Positions 59,284 to 64,000 of a stretch of DNA of 64,000 nt are shown here, one piece after another. Source of the stretch: Trichosphaerium sp. ATCC 40318. Its lineage: Eukaryota > Protista > Tubulinea. The number at the start of each line of letters is the position of its first letter. The stretch's first letter is position 1. The notes under the pieces are model-generated. The model worked only from the letters and a program-made list of their open reading frames with translations. It made no database searches and had not been told where the DNA came from. Location of the stretch: assembly GCA_038496445.1 (NCBI GenBank), contig JALMLS010000149.1, positions 186,001 through 250,000 on the forward strand, read 5' to 3'. The translations under genes and the position numbers were made by a program.

Positions 59284-59574
59284 AATGTTTTTTGCTCAAA
59301 TTGCAGCGCCAAATTCAGCGCAAACAACTGAGAAAATTCCCAGCAACGGCAAAGTGCTCTACTTTGTAACGAATGGATGATTGGATCACTTAACCGCAAG
59401 TTACTAAGGTATTCGAACCAGACGTTATTTATTACTCAACTGGTTATTTTTACAGCGCACAAATGCTGACAGCTAGTGTATGCTATCAGAGTACATTTCA
59501 TTCCCATTGGAAAGTATGCTGCCTCATACAAAAAAAAGGTGCGCCTTGCTGAGGATAATAATTAGGGGTTATGG

Positions 59575-60720
59575 TCATTGTATATGTCCCAACGCGGTTA
59601 ATTCATCAACTGTCATTTTTCTCCAATGTCCCATCTTGACATTTTTCATTAGATTTTTTTTAAGCTACGTGTATGCGTACCTCTAAGTCTCCTAAGTGTA
59701 TAGGTCCTACTGATACACGTTGAATTTCTTGTACGTGATTTCCTACAGCAGCTAACATACGACGAACTTGATGGTATCGTCCTTCATATAATGTTATCCT
59801 ACATTTTGTATCAGCCTTCAAAAAGAGAATCCAAAATGATGTACCGGCATAGTTGATTTTCTTTATCTACAATTTCGAACTCTGCAGGTTTACAAGCAAT
59901 CTCTTCACTCTTTAAAAGTAATTTTCCTGTTGACAAGGGAGTGAGTGTAGAGTTCAAGGAGGTTTATTGGTAAATGTATAGTACCTGAAGCAAAAATTTC
60001 TGATTCTTTACCAGAAAATGGTTTTTGCAATTTCACTTGATACGTCTTTCCAAACGTGTGATCTTTCTTTGTTGGCGTTGTAATATTTTTTACTAACTCC
60101 CCTAATATAAACCAGTTAACTTGGGAGATAAAAGACGTTGGTGAAAAAATAAAATAATAGGAAACTTGTTTGTTGTACCATCTTGACTGAGAATTAAAAG
60201 GCCTGAAGCCCATTTATCTAGCCTTCCTGCAACCGCTAATGTAGGCTGACGTTTGAGAAATTGCCTCTTATTATGTCATTAGTGGAGGGTTGCTGTTTCA
60301 ATGAGAAACGCACTGGCAATAGATCATAAACAATTTGTTCCTCTTCGTGCTCTATTACGCGCGAACATACGTAATTGATTGGTTTGTGCATTACCAAGTG
60401 TAACCTGTGAGTACATTAACATGCAAAGTGTCGCAGACTTTTAATGTACTTTTCAATGTGCTCAAGGGGCTTTCCATTCATAGTTACGCGTTGTGGATCA
60501 ATCCTTTCAGAGTAGTGAGCTCTTGTTGGGCTACGACCATCTACTTTCACTTTATTCTCTCTAACGAACCTCTATAGCGTGTGAGAGTTGCTGCGTGATA
60601 AACTGCTCATGAGTTTACAAAATACAGCTATAAGTGTATACATACGGGAACGTTTGATCGTGTGCAATGCCCAAGGTTGGAAATAAGCCTGTCAAATCGG
60701 TGTAGCTTGGAAGCTGCCAT
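59575..60720 (-). CDS. RsuA-family pseudouridine synthase (bacterial-type) with introns
   Basis: S4-like RFDRLISNLG, catalytic AGRLDKWASGLLILSQDG, ITLYEGRYHQVRRMLAAVGNHV. Confidence 0.85.
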
Positions 60721-60858
60721 TTTCCCTTAACAACAGCAAAATCGCTACCTATTCATCAATTCGAGCGTCGGAGGCGCTTGGTTGCTTGTTTTATGCCTGT
60801 TAGCACTGGTCAACAGTATTAAAAAAAAGTCAGTAGGCTTACACCCCACAATGCGTCA

Positions 60859-62089
60859 ATGGAGTTAGGGGTCGCAGACGAGGAGCTCACAAATGTCGTT
60901 GTTGCTGTCGACGACGATTCAGAGGCATAACTAGCAATTACGTACTTGTTTTTAATCTAACGCCTGTTAGGACGGCCTACTTCTTCAAAAACGAACGGAC
61001 AAGAATTGCTACACAAAATACATTAAACCGTACTTAAACAAAGGTGCAACGAATTGTAGATGATTTAATGCTAAAAATGATAACCAGGGCCTATAAGTAA
61101 CGTAATTACGTTCTGTATTATGATTATTGGGTATGACACTCGTTAACGATTTTTTGACAGCTAATTAACTCGTATAGCGCTGTATTCGTTGCTGTCTTCC
61201 CAGACTGTACGTTCGTTAACCTAACACAACACTAAAATCAGTGCAGTCGTTGCAGTGCAGTTTATATTTTCGTTCGGATTGTTTGGCTTCGCAGGTAAAC
61301 CCAACAAACTAAGAGCGTTATCTTACTTGATGATCAGGAGGAGTTACAAACTGGCTGGCTATTAAAATGTTGTTTGACAGAATACCATTGATATATGGAT
61401 CAGGAGTAATACAGAATAGATTTGTTCAAATTAGGAATACTGTCAAAAATGTAATGATGAGGACTTTTTTTGATAAACAATTCCTCTCAAAGTACATGAG
61501 CGCCAAGATTGGACAATTTTTTGGATCACTGGATATTGGTAAGTTTTATAGCTAAGTTGCGCAAATTGACACTGTCGTTAGAATCAAAGATAACTGGTTT
61601 TCTTGAATCTGAGCAAGTAGAAGAAATAATTGACAATAAATTATCGGAATTATCAGCAAGACCAGAAGGCATGTGGTTGTCAATGATGGGTATAGACCCA
61701 GCTAATTTAAAACCAATGATTAAACCGTTCATTGTTGGCATGGGTGCTGATATTGGGCCTACAGTACGTTGTGGTATCCATCTAACATTAATTCGCTTTA
61801 GCTAATGACAAATATTGATCCTATGTCTTTTATAAATGTAGAGAAGATTAGGCAGGAGGTAGATAATTTAATGGTTACTAAACTTCAGGAGCTTAACGCA
61901 GGAAGAGTAAAAAAACTAATGGAAGACGTCATTAGGAAGCATCTAGGGTAATAGAAGAAATTTGAAAAACTTACAAAAAAACCCACTTATTTATGTCGTA
62001 GATGGTTGATAGTGTGGGGAAACGTATTTGGTGGAATTCTCGGTCTCATCACAAAAGGTGTAGAGGTTGCTACTGGCGCTAATTTCTAA
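60859..62089 (+). CDS. DUF445-like membrane protein
   Basis: GGVTNWLAIKMLFDRIPLIYGSGVI; C-terminal RKHLGWLIVWGNVFGGILG. 5' exons approximate. Confidence 0.75.
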
Positions 62090-62390
62090 ATAGCCACCCA
62101 TGTATTGAGCTTCAAAACAAAAAGAGAAGAATGTTTATTTGTAATTTAATTTAAGTTTCATTGTACAGCTAACCATCTTGGTTAACTATATACATAAAAA
62201 CAATGTAAAAGCGAACGCAATTATGGGTTTGTAGTCAAGTGACACAAAAGTGACTTAAGAAAACTGAGAAAAACGAACAAAATAGCAAAACTCTGCTAAA
62301 CTCATCACTTCATTTTCGCTGCAACGCAATTGTTGTACACTGTACAGCTTATTTACACACGTTGGTATTTTTTAGCGTAGTGAAGCAACA

Positions 62391-64000
62391 ATGGCTTTCA
62401 TATTTAAAGGACCAAGAGCGCAACGCGTAGTAAAGCATGCACTAAAAGAGCGAGGTATGTTTTACGTAATTTATGTAACAAATAACACCTCACAAGGCTG
62501 GAAGATGATACCACCAGAAAGCACGGAAGAATGTAACCTTATATGGAGTAGAGGCAAGATTACAATGACAATCCTCAGTTTAGGCTCTATGCGACATGCC
62601 TACGCGTAGAGACGCTTTTAACGAGTAAAATAGGCAGATTCATGAACAAAGCACCACAAAGGAAACAAACTGTATACAATCACTTTAACAGCCCTCAAAC
62701 TGGCAACATCACAAAGAAATCAACAATGATAAACTGGTTCAAGCACCTAAAGCTTAAATTCGGAGATCCATTTTCATTCTTTCCTCGCTCATTCATTTAC
62801 ACCTCAGAGCGCGCTGAAGTCGCCAATGAAGTTAATGATCGATTATGGATACTAAAGGTGCGTGCGATTTCATGCTAGTGCCAAAGTAACCCTCTTAAAA
62901 GCCTGCTGTCATGTCTGGAGGTCGTGGCATCAAAGTACTTGACAGGTTGCCAATCTTAAAAAAGCCAGATCTTTACAATTTCTGCTTGGATAAGACAGAT
63001 ACCTCTGATGTTAAGAATCCAGAATCTTTCAAAAAAGGATTGACATTTGTAGCTCAAGAATATATACCTAACCCGTTACTGGTAAACGGCTACAAATTCG
63101 ACTTACGTCTGTATCCTATTGACAAAAATATTTTGACATTCTTTCAATTTTTGCTTTTTCTTTTTCCTTGACATTCGAAAAGTTATGTTTTGGTAACGAA
63201 TACCTCTCCTACACGCGCATACATTTACACTGATGGCTTTGTGCGTATGATCTCTAAAAAATTGGTCTAACAGTACCTACTAGGCACGATTTTGTATAGA
63301 GGTATAGTAGCGCAATTATTAGTTAAAACCCTTAACATTGTTCAAGCCATACTCAAATGACATACTCACAAACACACGTCATTTGACTAATCACAATTTA
63401 CAAAGTCAAAATATTAAAAAAGCCAACAAAGAAATATTAGAAGCTTTTACAGAAGCTGTTGGTGGTGTTAATATTGATGGTGGATCTGCAAACCCAAAGA
63501 GAAGAGCAAAAGAATTATTTTTGTGGATGAGAGACCAAGGAATGGACTACAAGTTATGCTGGGAAAAGTGCGTAGTGATGAGTTTGTTTTTTTTTGAGCA
63601 AGTTGACGAACTATCACCAATAGGATGAAGGAAATTATTACACTTTCATTGATGCCTTTTGATACATTCTTAAAGGACACTGAGCACCCTCATGCAAATC
63701 AATTTGAGATATTCGGTTATGATATCCTTCTCTTTTATTGTTTTGTTTCTCCACTTTTTTTCCTTCGGCAATAATACCCTTAACCAATGATACATTTTTT
63801 GATCGACGACAATTTTAAGCCATGGCTACTAGAAGTAAATTATGCGCCAAGTTTCGCTGTAGGCTCTCATCTTGACTATATTATAAAGGTAAAACGCATT
63901 AGATCCCTTTTTCTGCTTACACGTTCTAGCATTTTGTTGTTGATGATGCTATTAACTTGATGTTCGAAGAAGGTGTTCCTAGAGATTTTACTCAATGGGC
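62391..64000 (+). CDS. Tubulin-tyrosine-ligase-like (TTLL) protein, runs off the window
   Basis: WILKP..SGGRGI, VAQEYIPNPLLVNGYKFDLRLYVLV, HLTNH, FEIFGYDFLID..PWLLEVNYAPS. Confidence 0.9.
63111..63182 (+). other. U12-type GT-AG intron
   Basis: 5' GTATCCTA, branch TTCCTTGAC (63164-63172) 10 nt before the 3' end. Splicing restores conserved FDLRL|YVLV. Confidence 0.8.
63722..63793 (+). other. U12-type AT-AC intron
   Basis: 5' ATATCCTT (exact consensus), branch CCCTTAAC (63777-63784), 3' TAC. Splicing restores the conserved TTL motif FGY(G|AT)FLIDD. Confidence 0.93.

Noticed and set aside
1-64000. Alternative genetic code or prokaryotic operons suggested by fragmented ORFs
   Set aside because: Fragmentation is explained by short spliceosomal introns; TAA, TAG and TGA all end genes normally.

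Overview
AT-rich, gene-dense eukaryotic (protist-like) nuclear DNA. Most genes are split by short (~35-60 nt) spliceosomal introns, so the six-frame ORFs are mostly exon fragments, and the gene models below were spliced by eye (ends approximate). About 30 protein genes and one tRNA-Ser(AGA) nested in a Twinkle intron are supported. Main highlights: (1) A three-copy family of intronless ~170-aa proteins that look like a protein-kinase C-lobe alone, with no N-lobe and no HRD/DFG. Each copy has a conserved non-coding upstream element, one sits directly upstream of an intronless Hsp70, and two form an inverted head-to-head pair. (2) Two near-identical, divergent, intronless Hsp70s ending in EEVE. 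(3) At least three U12-type (minor spliceosome) introns, two of them AT-AC, plus candidates. (4) Unusual domain fusions: F-BAR + J-domain; bacterial PhnD/TtrS-like sensor + EGF + class-C-GPCR-like TM region; UBL-LRR-PUB. (5) Longer introns that repeatedly carry strong hairpins. No database searches were run; family calls rest on motif recognition.
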